64,000 nucleotides of DNA. Source: Mobula hypostoma (Eukaryota). Both the position numbers and the translations under genes were made by a program. Within the stretch, counting starts at the first letter, position 1. Each line of letters starts with the position of its first letter. Location of the stretch: positions 24,988,001-25,052,000 of the forward strand of contig NC_086097.1 of NCBI RefSeq assembly GCF_963921235.1, read 5' to 3'. This document shows, in pieces, positions 1 to 13,582 of the stretch. The notes beneath the pieces were generated by a model, which searched no databases, was not told the DNA's origin, and was given only the letters and a program-made list of their open reading frames with translations.

Positions 1-870
1 TTGATGCAGACCTCCTGTTCCACTTCAACTGTGCCAATGAGTATGTTACTGTTGCCCTCACTCTGTTCCACAGCATGCATTTTCCTTGCGTGCTCCTTCG
101 ATTTGCACATCTTTGCAAAGTGATTTCTTTTCTGGCATAACTTGCATGTCTGACCAAAGGCTGGACATTTTCTGTATCCATGTTTATAACCACATCTGTT
201 GCAGTTAATTTCCTTTAGATCATTCTGTGGAGCTGGCTTTGTCCTACTCTTGCCAGTTTTCACAGTTACTTCTATTTTCGATTTCGTCTCCCCCCCAGCG
301 GGTTTCACAGTTTTTATTTTGTGCACTTCAATCTCTTCATTGAGCACTTTAATCTGACTTGACGTGATCTCGCTGGCACGGCAAACATCAATTCCCTTTT
401 CTAATGTAAGATCCGCCTCTCTCAATAGCCTGCCTCTCACTTGATCATCCTGTATGCCGCATACAATCCTGTCACGTATTAAAGAGTCATGCAGTTGTCC
501 GAACTCACAGTTTTTTGCCTTGTTTTTCAAATCTGTTACATAGGCGTCTATGGTCTCCATTGGTCCTTGAGCTCTCGTGAAAAACCTGTGTCGGATGTAC
601 GCAGTAATCTTGAAACTTTTTCTTCAACACTTCGATTTTATCTTGCTCATCATCTTGGAAGACAAACATGTTGCAAATCTTTATTGCCTCTTCCCCCGCC
701 ATATGCAGAAACGTAGCACGTTGCACTTTCTCCGTCTTTTCAGCTACGCTGCTAGCGGTGCAAAACAGCTCAAACTTCTAGATCCATATTTTCCAGTTCT
801 CAGCAAGATTACCTTGTAGGCTTAAACTTGACTGTGGCTGTAACTGTGACATCTTTTACATGTCTTCTCT
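1..870 (-). mobile_element. Gypsy (Mag-like) LTR retrotransposon A, gag region, running off the window edge
   Basis: The minus strand at about 100-210 translates to INCNRCGYKHGYRKCPAFGQTCKLCQKRNHFAKMCK (two CCHC knuckles). ORF 505-726 is gag-like. The frame is disrupted. Confidence 0.85.
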
Positions 871-889
871 TCCTTTTTTTTCACGATTT

Positions 890-901
890 CTTCTGACATC
901 A
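890..901 (-). other. Primer-binding site of Gypsy A (tRNA-Leu-like)
   Basis: TGATGTCAGAAG sits directly after the LTR's terminal CA on the minus strand, one mismatch from TGGTGTCAGAAG (complement of a tRNA-Leu 3' end). Confidence 0.7.
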
Positions 902-1035
902 TGTAATATTGATGTGACTCGGATACCACTGCAGATTGAACAACCACGTTTATTCACCAGACTTCCACTTTTATTTCTCCACGTCCTGACGTCATACGCA
1001 CTCTGACGCTACGAATACTCACACAATACATTACA
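902..1035 (-). repeat. Short 5' LTR of Gypsy A (134 bp)
   Basis: TGTAAT...ATTACA inverted ends, adjacent PBS and an internal minus-strand AATAAA. It interrupts the pol of Gypsy B. Confidence 0.75.
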
Positions 1036-2737
1036 GAAGGCAAGTTCATCCCAGCACTGGTTAAAATGGGGGTACTGGAAACTCTGCTGTACATTCCAGC
1101 TATTTTGGGTTGCTATGTAGACCTGAAACAGTGTGGGATCTTTTCTGGTTTCCCTGTAGATCATCTCTGCCATAATAGGGAGACTTTCAATTTGCATTAG
1201 AGAGAATATATCAAGAGAAGTGTCCTATTTTGTAAATTTTTCAGGTATTTCCTTTCCCAGGGGTAAATGGGACAATCCATCAGTTTTTCCATGATTAGTC
1301 ATCCTGTTGAATTTGATCTTGTAATTGTGTCCTCCATGAAACACAGCCCATCACTGCTGTTAATGGAACACTTCTGTGGATCAAAAATGGACACTCAATG
1401 TTTGATGGTCAGCAATGAGAGCAAACTCTTTCCCATACAGGTACTGATTGAAGTGTTTTACACCCCAAACGAGGTTCAAGACCTCTCTGTCAATAAGAGA
1501 GTAATTTTTCTCTGCAGGGGTAAGGGAATGTGATACAGATGATATGGGGCGTTCACTTCCAACCTGTTGTAGCCTGTTATAGTAATTGACAAATCCTAAA
1601 GAAGACTCTGACATGTTCTTTGGCCTTGGGGCGTCCACCACTGCCTGAATTCTCCCAGCACACTTGTGTAAATCTTGTGTGTCAATGGTGTGATCACAGC
1701 AAATGATGCTTGGTTGAAAGAATTCACTCTTCTTGCATTGTGCTCTGAGCCCATAATCTTCTAATCTTATTGAGACTTTGGAGAAGTTCCTTGTTATCCT
1801 TACTGTTAACAATAATGTTGTCTCGATAACACACTGAGTGCCTGGACAGCCTTCTGATACCTGGTCCATACAGATTCTGCCAGAGTGTGGGTGCAGACAC
1901 TACTCCAAAAATAAGCCTATTATTGTGATAAAGCTCTTTCTGAGTGTTTATGGTGAGAAACATTCCGGACTCTTCTTCCATCTCTATCAGCTTCAGCTAA
2001 ATCCACTTTGCTGAAGTGTTTCCGTCCATAGAGGTTTGCAAAGATATCCTCTATTCCAGGCAAAGGGAAGAGATCTACTTTCAGTACTGGATTGATAGTG
2101 ATTTTAAAATTATCAGAAATCCCGACAGAAACATCCTTCTTGGCTATTGGGACCACTGCTGTTGCCCATGGGCTCTACTTAACCTTGGAAAGCATTCCTT
2201 TGACTTCCATATGATCTAGCTCACTGGCTACTTTATCACAGGCGGTGTAAGGAACCAGACTGGTTTTGTAAAACTTTGGTGTGAAATTCTCATTTAACAG
2301 TTTTACCCTTGATGTGTTTGAGTTTTCCGATCTCATCCTTAAATACTGCTGTGGCATCATCCAGCACCTTTCTTAATTCACTTTCCATTGACTCTGTTGC
2401 AGGGGATGTGGCATGCAAACAGTGGATGGATCTCCAGTCAAGTTGTAGTTGTCTCAGCCAATCACAGCCCCACATTGCTGCCCCTCCTGTTTTTCCCATA
2501 TGAGTCCAATGTGGCTTGTTGGTTGTTGAATCTCACTGTTAAAACTGTCATTCCCACAGGAGTTACCTTTTCTCCAGTATAAGTTCTTAGTTGGATATCC
2601 ACAGGCTTCAGTTCAATATCTTTGAAATGCTGTTCAAACTCATTTTGTGGAATGGCTGAAACAGCTGAGCCAGTGTCCAATAACATTTCAATTAATTTGT
2701 CGTTCACTTCTGGTATAAGTCATATTACTTGTCTCTT

Positions 2738-2896
2738 TAAAAACGCAAACAACAGGAATTCTGCAGATGCTGGAAATTCAAGCAACACACATCAAAGTTG
2801 CTGGTGAACGCAGCAGACCAGGCAGCATCTCTAGACTGCACCTCTTCCCAGAGATGCTGCCTGGTCTGCTGCGTTCACCAGCAACTTTGATGTGTG
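2738..2896. mobile_element. Penelope-derived fold-back insertion
   Basis: Near-perfect inverted repeat (CACACATCAAAGTTGCTGGTGAACGCAGCAG... and its reverse complement) with a 13-bp direct repeat TTACTTGTCTCTT at 2725-2737 and 2897-2909. Confidence 0.75.
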
Positions 2897-4077
2897 TTAC
2901 TTGTCTCTTGTTAGATTTAACATTGTAAACTTCAAGGCTCCCAGTCCAGTGTCACTTTCATCATTATCAGATTTTTCATCAACAGCATGTAGATTAGTGC
3001 TCTCCTTGAAACTGCAGCTTTTGTTTTTATCTTTTTTCTTCCCTGTGCAATCCATTTATTTTTGTCTGCCTGGACATACTCTTTGTACATGCCCTACTTT
3101 GCTGCTTTTTCTGTAAGTTTCGCCTTTAAACCTGCATGTATGTGACAGTAACACAATTTGTTCAGCCAGGCAGATTTCTGTTCAGACGTTGTAATTTTGT
3201 TCACGCTCACTTCATTCCTAACTGCAGTTCATTTGTGTCTCTCACTGCTGTTTCCATTGATACAGCAATTTCAACTGTTCTGTTAAATGTGAATTATGCT
3301 ACCATTAGGAGCCATTTTTGAATACTTTGTTATAAGATCCACAAACTAAATAATCATTCAGTGCATCCTCAAGCCCATCACAGAACTAACAACACTCAGA
3401 CAATTTCTTCATGGAGTCCCCTTCCTTGTGATTCTGCTTATGAAACCAAAAGTGTTCTGCAATCAACAATGCTTTTGGTTCTAAATGTTCCTGTATTACA
3501 TTCCTGATATCAACAAAGCTCATTTGGGCTGATTTGTTTGGAACAGTTAAACTGCAAAGCAAACAGTGTGCTTTTCAAGCCTATTAAACTTCCTAACATT
3601 GGTACTCACTTTTCATTGGCCATTTCATTTGCTTCATGATACTGCTCAGTTCATTCAGGATACACCTTCCTGTTAACTGTTGTGTAACTGAATGCATATG
3701 TAGCCAGCCAGTTTGGCTTTTATTTATTTATTATTATCATTACCCAGTACCCACTGTTTATGAACCTGGGAATTTTGTCCATTTTCTTCCTTTTTTTAAC
3801 TCGAATGTTTCCCCTTCTGAAGAAAAACGTACTGTGTTTCAACAGGCAGATAGTCATCTTAGGTTCATTTTAAAACTTCCTTGTCACCTCCATTATGTCT
3901 TGTAACTCCAGAAACTAATTAAAAGAAAAATATGGGAGCCTGGGATACTTGGGTACCTAGTTTTCTTTTGGTGATGCACTCACATATGATGTGGTGCATA
4001 ATGATGTATACTCTTCACGCAATCCGCACATACAATGAATGACATAAGCAAACAGAGAATGCTTATCAAGCAATATA

Positions 4078-4384
4078 TATAGGCATCCGTTAGTCTCATG
4101 AGACCATAGATCTGCGCCTTGGAAAGTTTCCAGGGCGCAGGCCTGGGCAAGGTTGTATGGAAGATCAGTAGTTGCCCATGCTGCAAGTCTCCCCTCTCCA
4201 TGCCACTGATTTTGTCCAAGGGAAGAGAATTAGGACCCATACAGCTTGGCACCGGTGTTGTCGCAGAGCAATGTGTGGTTAAGTGCCTTGCTCAAGGACA
4301 CACATGCTTCCTCAGCCAAGGCTCCAACTAGCGACCTTCAGATCACTAGACGAATGCCTTAACCACCTGGCCACGCGCCAACAC
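4078..4384 (-). mobile_element. tRNA-derived SINE
   Basis: Minus-strand head with A-box TGGCCAGGTGG and B-box-like GTTGGAGCC. 13-bp TSD ATCAAGCAATATA (4065-4077, 4385-4397). The 3' part recurs at about 60180-60226. Confidence 0.75.
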
Positions 4385-5631
4385 ATCAAGCAATATAATT
4401 ACAATATTACTGAAATATGTCACGACCTGCGCCGGCAACATCGGAACGCAAGTGCGGAGGAAAGACAGACTCTGATGTAGAGACAGTGACCAGAGTTTAT
4501 TCATAATAATTCTAACAGTACATCGGTGGCTCAGCCAAGCAACACTGCGAGACGTAACATTCTCAAAACTAGGACCACCCAATTAGTGCTAATCGGGTGT
4601 CCGCTTAGATAATACATGTAACACAGGATCTCCGAGCCTATCAAAATAAACTGAGCAAGTATAAGCAGATAGCAACAGGAGACCACACTACAAAGAACAA
4701 GTTGCTCGAGAGGCAACACAAGGAACTCTAAACAATTAACGACTTTCGTTAAAACAACAATTTATCAATTCAGGTGCTCTAAAATGCTTGGAGCCCAGCG
4801 CTCTCTGGTTCCCCACAGAACTCATTGCAACCACAGTCAAGTCCTCCCTGTGACCAGGTATGTCTACCTCTGAGTGCTCCAGCTACCTCCCACGTCCCAA
4901 AGATGTTGCCACTATGAACTATCCCTCATTCATAAGTGAGTGGGGACAATCTGGGGAAAGTTGATGAGAAGGCCTTTTCTTTTCAGTCCTGATGAAGGTT
5001 CTTGGCCTGAAACATTGGCCTTTTATTCCCCTCCATAGATGCTACCTGACCTGCTGTGTTGCTCCATCGTTTTGTGTTTAGGTTTAGGTTTCTGGTATCT
5101 GCAGGATCTCTTGTGTTTATGATTGTTTGTACAGACAGGTGTAAGACTAGGAATGGGAATGGAGAAAGGGAGGAGGAGGATAAGGAATGGGCATGAAAGA
5201 GAGCTCATCCAACCCTTGCCAATGATATCGTACCAGTTTTTTTTAGGTTTAAAGGAGCCAATGTTTGCAGATTTTAAAAAGATTTGAACCAGGAAATTAT
5301 CAAGAATACTTGCAACACTGTATCTCAGATGTGATGTCATTCCACACAGAAAGAACCATGTGATTGTGTTGGAGGGAATATAGAGGAAGTTCACTGAGAT
5401 ATTGCCTGGATTGGAGGGTATTACCATAAGATATAGGAGCAGAATTAAGCTATATGGGCCATCGAGTCTGCTCCACCATTTCAGCAAGGCTAATTTATTA
5501 ATCCCTGTCAACCCCATTTCCTTGCCTTCTCTCCATGCTCTAATTATTATCTATCAACCTTCACTTTAAATATACCCAATGACTTGGCCTCCACAGTCAC
5601 TGTGCAATGAATTCCACAGATTCACCTAAGG

Positions 5632-6403
5632 CAGAGGTCCCCAACCTTTTTTGCACCACGGACCGGTTTAACATTGACAATATTCTTACGGACCGGCCGA
5701 CCAGTGGTGGGGTGTGTTCAAGTAGGGTGAAACTCACCTCAGCATGTCTTTTACAGTCAGGGTTGCCAACTTTCTCACTCCCAAATAAGGGACAAAAGTA
5801 GCAGTCAAATCCCGGGACTCTTGTGTTTACCCCAGGAAAGACTACCATGACCATGAAGCCTTGAGTGGACACCCGTGTGCGCATGTGCGTACGTGCCGAT
5901 TTTTTTTTCCACAAATCGGTTTTGGCTTAATCTTCCCGACTATACTGTACATACATAACTTCTTCTTTATATAGGCTGTGTATTTATCAAATAATTCCTG
6001 CTTTTACTATATGTTAGTGTTATTTTTGGTTTTATGTGTTACTTGGCATGATTTGGTAGGCTATTTTTTGGGTCTGGGAACGCTCAAAAATTTTTCCCAT
6101 ATAAATTAATGGTAATTGCTTCTTCGCTTTACGCGATTTTGGCACGAAAGGTTTCATAGGAACGCTCTACCTTAGCGGGGGAAATACGGGACAAGGGCAG
6201 TCCCACATGGGACAAACCAATTTAGCCTGATATACGGGATGTCCCAGCAAATACAGGACAGTTGGCAACCCTATGTTCAAGTTCAACAGTGCGTGACAGG
6301 AAATGAGGAAAGGTGCAGCTGACTCATGTCGTTTCCTCACGGACCGGTAGCACATGCTTTGCGGCCCAGTACCAGTCCACGGCCCAGTGGTTGGGGACCA
6401 CTG
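5632..6403. mobile_element. Non-autonomous hAT-Charlie (MER1/Charlie3-like) transposon
   Basis: TIRs CAGAGGTCCCCAACC / GGTTGGGGACCACTG, with 8-bp TSD ACCTAAGG on both sides. Confidence 0.85.
5723..6273. mobile_element. hAT MITE (TAGGGT ends) nested in the Charlie element
   Basis: TAGGGT...ACCCTA ends with 8-bp TSD TGTTCAAG (5715-5722, 6274-6281). Confidence 0.7.
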
Positions 6404-6409
6404 ACCTAA

Positions 6410-7100
6410 GGAAATTCCTCCTCATCTCTGTTATTACAGGGTGTCCTGCTATTCTTAGGCTGCTCCCTTTGGGCCTAGACTCTCCCACTGTTAGAAACAT
6501 CCATCTCTACACCTACTTTATCTGGGCCTTTCAATATTGATGACACCCTCCCTCCCACGCCTCATTCATCTAAACTCTAGCGAATACAGGCCCAGAGCCT
6601 CCATATACTCCTCATATGATAAGCATTTCATTCCCAGGATCATTTACATAAACATCCTTGGGACCCTCCGACAAAAGCACATCGTTTCTTAGATCGGGGC
6701 CCAAAACTGCTCCCAATACTCTAAAGTGGTCAGTCCAATGCCTTATAAAGCCTCAACATTACATTATTGTTTTTATATTCTAGTCCTCTCAAAATGAGTG
6801 CCAACATTGCATTTGACTTCCTAACCACCAACTCAACCTGCAAGTTAACCTTTAGGAAATCCTACACGACAACTCCCAAGTCCCTTTGCACCTCTGATTT
6901 CTGAATTTGCTCACCATTTACAAAATGGTCTAATCCTTTGTCCCTTGAATAACCATACACTTCAGTACACTGTATTCCATCTGCTGCTTCTTTTCCCATT
7001 CTCCTCATCTGTCCAAGTTCTTCTGCAGACTTCCTGCTTCCTCACTACCTGCCCTTCCACCTATCTTTATATCATCCACAAAGCCATCAATTATATTATC
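6410..7100 (-). mobile_element. CR1 LINE 3' fragment
   Basis: Visibly similar to 11170-11900. Its continuation lies at 5430-5630, on the other side of the Charlie insertion. Confidence 0.75.
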
Positions 7101-7109
7101 CAGATTATT

Positions 7110-7722
7110 ACTTTACTTTGTACTTTATTGTCACCAAACAATTGGTACTAGAATGTACAATCATCACAGCGATATTTGATTCTGCGCTTCCCACTCCCTG
7201 GATTACAAATATTAAATTTTAAAAATATTAAAAATAGTAAAAATTAGTAAATATAAAAAAATTAAATTATAAATCATAAATAGAAAATAGAAAAATGGAA
7301 AGTGAGGTAGTGCAAAAAAACCGAGAGGCAGGTCGAGATACTTGGAGGGTACGGCCCAGATCGGGGTCAGGATCCGTATGGCAGTCATATCACAGTTGGA
7401 AAGAAGCTGTTCCCAAATCTGGCCATACAAATCTTCAAGCTCCTGAGCCTTCTCCCGGAGGGAAGAGAGACGAAAAGTGTGTTGGCTGGGTGGGTCGTGT
7501 CCTTGATTATCCTGGCAGCACTGCTCCGACAGCGTGGGTGTAAAGTGAGTCCATGGACAGAAGATTGGTTTATGTGATGTGCTGCGTCATGTTAATGATC
7601 TTCTGCAGCTTCTTTCGGTCTTGGACAGGACAACTTCCATACCAGGTTGTGATGCACCCTAGAAGAATGCTTTCTATGGTGCATCTATAAAAATTAGTGA
7701 GGGTTTTGGGGGATAGGCCAAA
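7110..7722 (-). mobile_element. Rex1/Babar-type LINE 3' fragment
   Basis: Near-identical to 63010-63565; ends in a (TACTT)-like tail. Confidence 0.75.
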
Positions 7723-10404
7723 TTTACATTAACATATAACATGAAAAGTAGCAGAAGAAAATAGGATTAAATTGGGCTTTGGAGCAAAGAAGGCTGGGGT
7801 GGAGGGGTGATGATAGAGGTACAGTGTATATAAGATAGTAAGAAGCATATTTGCAGAATATATTTTCAATGATAGAAATAACTAAAACAAGGAGGCATGT
7901 TTAAGGTGAGAGTAAGGAATTTTAGTGATTCTGAGGGCTAAGAGACTCATTGTCAGAGATGGTGGTTGAATCAGATACAATCACTGGAATTGAGAAACAT
8001 TTAGACAGACAGTTAAACAAGCTAAGGCATAGTCCATACTGAACTGCTATTTGTCTAGTCCCATCGACCTGCACCTGGGCCATAGTCCTCTAAACCCCTC
8101 CCATACATATACTTATCTAAACTTCTCTTAAAGGTTACAGTTAAACCTGCATCCACTACTTCCACTGGCAACACAATACACACTCGCATCACCCTCTAAG
8201 TGAAGAAATTCTCTCTCAGATTCACTTAAATATTTCACCTTTCACCCTTAACCTCTGACCTCCAGTTCTGGTTTCGCCCAACCTCAGAGGAAAAAGCCTG
8301 CTTATATTAGCCTTATCTCATACTTCTGTATAGCTCTATCAAATCTTCCCTCATTCTCCTGTGCTCCAGGAAATAAGGTCCTAATCTATTCAAGCTTTCC
8401 CTGTAACTCAAGCGCTGGCAACATCCTTGTAAATTTTCTCAATACCCAGTATATCAATGTTATTGATACTTTTCCTGTAGGTAGGTGACCAGAACTGCAC
8501 ACAATACTCCGTATCTAGCCTCACCAATGATCTTTACAACTTCAACATAACATCCCAAGATCTTATACAACTTCAACATAACATCCCAAGATCTTATACA
8601 ACATCAACTTAACATTATGAGCCGAAGGGCCTGTAAATTTCTATGACTTTATTTGCCTCCTTTGGTTGATGGAAAATGTCTAATGCCCCCTACTTCATTG
8701 GAAATAACTCCTGGGTCTTGGCCAGATCTATCCCTCAACTAACATTTCTAATAAACAACGTTTGGCCGTTGTGACATTCTGTTTGTGGGAGCTTGCTGTG
8801 CACAAAATGGCCGCTGAATGTCTTACATAACCATAGAGCTGGCACTTCAGAAGGGACTTCACAGGTCATAGAACTTATTTTATTTACTTTATTTTGTTTA
8901 GATACAGCATGGAACAGACCCTTCCAGCCCAGTGAGCTGCACAGGCCAGCAACCCACCTATTTAACCCGAGCCTAATCATGGGACAATTTATAATGACCA
9001 ATTAATCTACTAACCAGTACGTCTTTGGAATGTGGAAGGAAACTGGAGTACCCAGAAGAAACCAACACGCTCACAGAAAGGAATTGAAATCCGAACTTTG
9101 ATGCCCTGAGCTGTAATAGTGTCGCGCGAACCACTCCACTACTGTGGCCATATCGGATGGCCAAGCTGGTAAAAGCCCCTTCAGAAGTTAGTTTTAGAGT
9201 GAATAGGTGTATCAATAAAAATGCCTTCTCTCTACACTCCACAGTCAAAGGCCAGCGATCCTCATGGTCAGATATCGGATTGGCAAGCACTGTATACAAA
9301 CACCACGGCAGGCAAAGGCTGGTGATCACCACCCCCTCCCCAGGTCGGAGAGAACCCCCAGGCCTGCAGGTCCTGGGATCAGCAGTCCTTGTGGGCAGGA
9401 GGCATGAGGGCCGGTGACCTCCTAGATTAACGAGTCAACGAGTCCTTGGGTCAAAACTGAAGATCATAGCCCAAAGGTTGAAGACCAAAGTCACCGAGTC
9501 CAGACGTTGAGGCCCGATGGCCAAAACCCTGGGTCTCCGAATACACTGGGTAAGTCAGAGACCGATGTCTTTGAGTCCACAAGTTCGCTGGAGGCTGGAG
9601 GCTCAGATATGGCGTGTGTGTGTGTGCGCACACGCAGGTGGAAGAAAGGAAATCTGCTTTGATTGATATTGTTGTTGTTGTTGCTTGTGTTATTCTGCAG
9701 AATATTGCGGGCGTGCTGTATTGGCGCCAAAATGTGTGGTGGCACTTGCAGGCTGTTGCCAGCACGCCGTTGTGTGTGTTGGTCGTTTACGCAAACGACG
9801 CATTTCACTGGATGTTCACGTGATAAGTAGATGACTCTGGATCTGAATGCTACTGAACCACAAGAGGAGAGGCAGAGCGAGGCAGTGAGGGCTGGGAGGA
9901 AGAGGAAGACTTGAGCTCTGGGTCTCTGAGAAAAAGACAAATGCTGTTCAAGGAGCCAGTCAGATCTGAGAAGGAAAGATGCAGACCTGAACCGGATTCA
10001 TTGTGGAGCAGGAAACTGTCTTGCCCTCGCTAACCCCTCCCAAACCACCGCCAGGAACGTGGGTCTGTAACTCCCTAAACAGGCAGAAACTTTTCATCAT
10101 GCTCAGGATTAACCTAATAAATCAGCCTTCAAGGTCTTGATCCGAAATGTTGACTGTTTATTCCTTTCCATAGATGCTGCCTGGCCTGCTGAGTTCTTCC
10201 AGCATTTTGAGTGTGTTACTTTGCACTTCCAGCATCTGCCGATTTTCTTGTAAAAGTGCAAGTACTTGTTTTGAGGTCATTCAATCTCAGCCCTGGTAAC
10301 CCAGCAACCAGAGCTGAAGAATGAAGAGTATTCTGACATTTCATCATTGTTTTAAAGGCAACTCTTTCTTCAAATTACTGTTTTATTTCTGACTGGGACA
10401 AGGG

Positions 10405-10715
10405 TGGAGAACATTCAAACCTCTTTCCCAGGAGGTCTGAGTGGGAGGACAGGAAGGATTCGGACCCCTTACCCAGGAGGTCTGACTGGGAAGAGGACAC
10501 AGAGGATTCAAACCCCTTACCCAGGAGGTCTGACCAGGAGGAGGACAGAGAGGATTCAAACCCCTTACCCACAAGATCTGACTGGGAGGATTCAAACCCT
10601 TGTCCAGGAGGTCTGTGGAGAGACAGTAAAGGAACCATTTGAACCCTTTACCCAGGAGATGCAGAGTGAGGAGGATAGGATGTATTTGAGCCTCTTACCC
10701 AAGAGATCCGACAGA
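10405..10715. repeat. Tandem repeat, about 47-bp unit, about 6 degenerate copies
   Basis: Recurring GGATTCAAACCCCTTACCCAGGAGGTCTGACTGGGA. Related degenerate units at about 12600-12750. Confidence 0.8.
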
Positions 10716-10924
10716 GAGATTTATTTTATTTAGTTAGAGGTACAGCACAGAACAGGCCCTTTTAGCCATACCACCCAGCAACCCACTCATTTAACTCCAG
10801 CCCAATCACAGGCCACTTATAAAGGCAAATTAAAGTACTAACTGTTACATCCTTGGACTGTGAGAGCAAACCAGAGCACCCGGAGGAAACCCACATGAGG
10901 AATGTAGAAGCTTGCTTACACAGG

Positions 10925-12600
10925 TCCATAAGACCACAAGACATAGAAGCAGAATTAGGTCGTCTGGCCCATGGAGTCTGCTGCACCATTCAATCATGGC
11001 TGATCCTTTTTTTTCTCTTCCTCAACCCCATTTTCCGGCCTTCTTCCTGTAACCTTTGATGCCATGTCCAATCAAGAACCTATCAATCTCTGCCTTAAAT
11101 ACCCCCAACAACCTGGCCTTCACAGCTGCATGCGGCAACAAATTCCACAAATTCACCATCCTTTGGCTAAAGAAATTTCTCCGCATCTCTGTTTTGAAAG
11201 GGTGCCCGTCTATCTTAGGCTGTGCCCTCATGTCCTAGACTCTCCCACCATGGGAAACATCCTTTCCACATCTACTCTGTCTAGGCCTTTCAACATTCGA
11301 AAGGTTACAATGAGATCCACCCCCCCTCATCTGAATTCTAGCGAGTATAGACCCAGAGTCATCAAATGTTCCTGGTATGATAACCCTTTCATTCCTGGAA
11401 TGATCCCTGTGAACCTCCTCTGGACCCTCTCCAATGCCAGCACATCTTTTCTGAGATGAGGAGCCCAAACCTGTTCACAATACTCAAGGTGAAGCCTCAC
11501 CAGTGCCTTATAAAGCCTCAGTATCGCATCCTTGTTCTTGTATTCTAGACCTCTTGAAATGAATGCTAACATGGAATTTGCCTTCCTCACCTCCGACTCA
11601 ACCTGCAAGTTAACCTTCAGGGTGTTCTGCACAAGGACTCCCAAGTCCCTCTGCATCTCAGATTCCTGAATTTTCTCCCTATTTAGAAAATAGTCCGCAC
11701 ATTTATTTCTACTACCAAAGTGCATGACCATGCATTTTCCAACATTGTATTTCATTTGCCACTTTCTTGTCCGTTCTCCTAATCTGTCTAAGTCCTTCTG
11801 AAGCCTACCTGTTTCCTCAACACTACCTGCCCCTCCACCAATCTTCATGTCATCTGCAAACTTGGCAACAAAGACTTCGTTCTATTCCATCATCTAAATC
11901 ATTTATATACAGCATAAAAGGAAGTGGTCCCAACACAGACCCCTGCAGAACACCACTAGTCACTGGCAGCCAACCAGAAAAGGATCCATTTATTCCCACT
12001 TGCTGCCTCCTACCAATCAGCCAATGCTCTAACCATGTTAGTAACTTTCCTGTAGTTCTATGGACTCTTAACTTGGTAAGCAGCCTCATGTTTGGCATCT
12101 TGTCAAAGGCCTTCTGAAAGTCCAATTTATCCACTGCATCCCCTTTATCTCCTCAAAGAATTCCAACAGGTTCATCAGGGAGGATTTTCCCTGAAGGAAA
12201 CCATGCTGACTTTGTCCTACTTTGTCCTGTGTCACCAAGCACTCCATCACCTCCTCCTTAACAATTGACTCTAACATCTTCCCAACCACTGAGGTCGGGC
12301 TAACTGGTCTATAATTTCCTTTCTGCTGCCTTCTTCTTTCCTTAAAGAGTGAAGTAATATTTGCAATTTTCCAGTCCTCTGGCACCATGCCAGAGTCCAA
12401 TGATTTTTTTTTTGGAAGATCATTTCTAATGCCACCACAATCTCTAACGCTACCTCTTTCAGATCGCTAGGGTGCAGTTCATCCAGTCCAGGAGACTTGT
12501 GTACCTTTAGGTTTTTCAGCTTTTTGAGCACCTTCTCTCTTGTAACAGTAACTGCACTCACTTCTCTTCTTTCACACACCACAACATCAGGTGTCTGGCA
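10925..12600 (-). mobile_element. 5'-truncated CR1 LINE (ORF2 RT, degenerate)
   Basis: ORFs contain LDFQKAFDKMP, GVLQGSVLGP and RLYKALVRLHLEYC. The 3' tail repeat is at about 10925. Confidence 0.92.
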
Positions 12601-12774
12601 TTGGATTCCAAAACCCCACACCCTGAGCTGCAACAGCATCACATGAACTGCTTTGCTACCATGGCACCCCAGGAACATTTGAACCTATTACCCAGAAGAA
12701 CTGACTGACAGAAGGACAGTGAACACTTGAACCCCTTGCTCAGATGTCCAAGGAAGGATAGACACCAAAGGAAG

Positions 12775-13420
12775 GAGGGACTTTACTGTAAAGATGAAGC
12801 CACACTCAGGTTGGAGGAACAATACCATATATTCCGTCTGGGTATCCTCCAACCTGATGGCATGAACATTGACTTCTCAAACTTCCACTAATGCCCTACC
12901 TCCCCCTCGTACCCCATCCGTTATTTATTTATTTATATAGACACATTCTTTTTCTCTCTCTCCTTTTTCTCCCTCTGTCCATCTCACTATACCCCTTGCC
13001 CATCCTCTGGGCTTCCCCCCTCCCCTCCCCTTTTTCTTTCTCCCTAGGCCTCCTGTCCCATGATCTTCTCATGGCTTCCTCTATTGCTACGATGAGGCCA
13101 AACTCTGGTTGAAGGAGCAATACCTCACATTCCATGGGTAGCCTCCAACCTGATGGCATGAACATCGATCTCTCTAACTTCAGTAATTTCTCCCCCCTCC
13201 CTCCTGCTCTCTTTTCCATTCTAGTTAACTTCCCACCCCTTCTCTTCTCTTCACCTGCTCGTCACCTCCCTCTGGTTCCCCTCCTCCTTCCCCTTCTTCT
13301 ATGGTCAGCTTCCCTCTTCAGCCCTTCCACCTATCGCTTCTCAGCTGTTTACTTTACCCCCTCTGCCCAACCCACCGGCCTTCCATCTACCTCATCTGGT
13401 ATCACCTTCCTTCCCAGTTC
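12775..13420 (+). mobile_element. Penelope-like element remnants (two tandem copies of the GIY-YIG C-terminus plus pyrimidine-rich 3' region)
   Basis: LYCKDEATLRLEEQYHIFRLGILQPDGMNIDFSNF at 12781-12890, repeated as ...GSLQPDGMNIDLSNF at about 13075-13185. Confidence 0.75.
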
Positions 13421-13429
13421 TAATTAAGG

Positions 13430-13582
13430 GTTTTGGTGTGAAGTGTCGGTTATCATAGCGTTTTGGTGTGAAGTGTCGGTTATCATAGTGTTTTGGTGTG
13501 AAGTGTCAGTTATCATAGTGTTTTGGTGTGAAGTGTTAGTTGTCGTAGTGTTTTGGTGTGAAATGTCAGTTATCATAGTGTG
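13430..13582. repeat. Minisatellite, 30-bp unit x5
   Basis: GTTTTGGTGTGAAGTGTCRGTTATCATAGT repeated head to tail with no spacers. Confidence 0.95.

Larger units (their letters stand above)
1036..4417 (-). mobile_element. Degenerate Gypsy LTR retrotransposon B (LTR, gag, protease, RT, RNase H)
   Basis: Protease LLDTGSAVS (ORF 2462-2707); RT motifs PLPGIEDIF/FSKVDL and LIFGVVSAPTLWQ; RNase H NYSLIDREVLNLVWGVKHFNQYLYG (ORF 1381-1869). Many frameshifts. LTR-like segment from about 3891 resembles the reverse complement of 58340-58410. Confidence 0.85.

Noticed and set aside
13430..13582. CRISPR-like 30-bp repeats
   Set aside because: Units are contiguous with no unique spacers, there are no cas genes, and the context is vertebrate.
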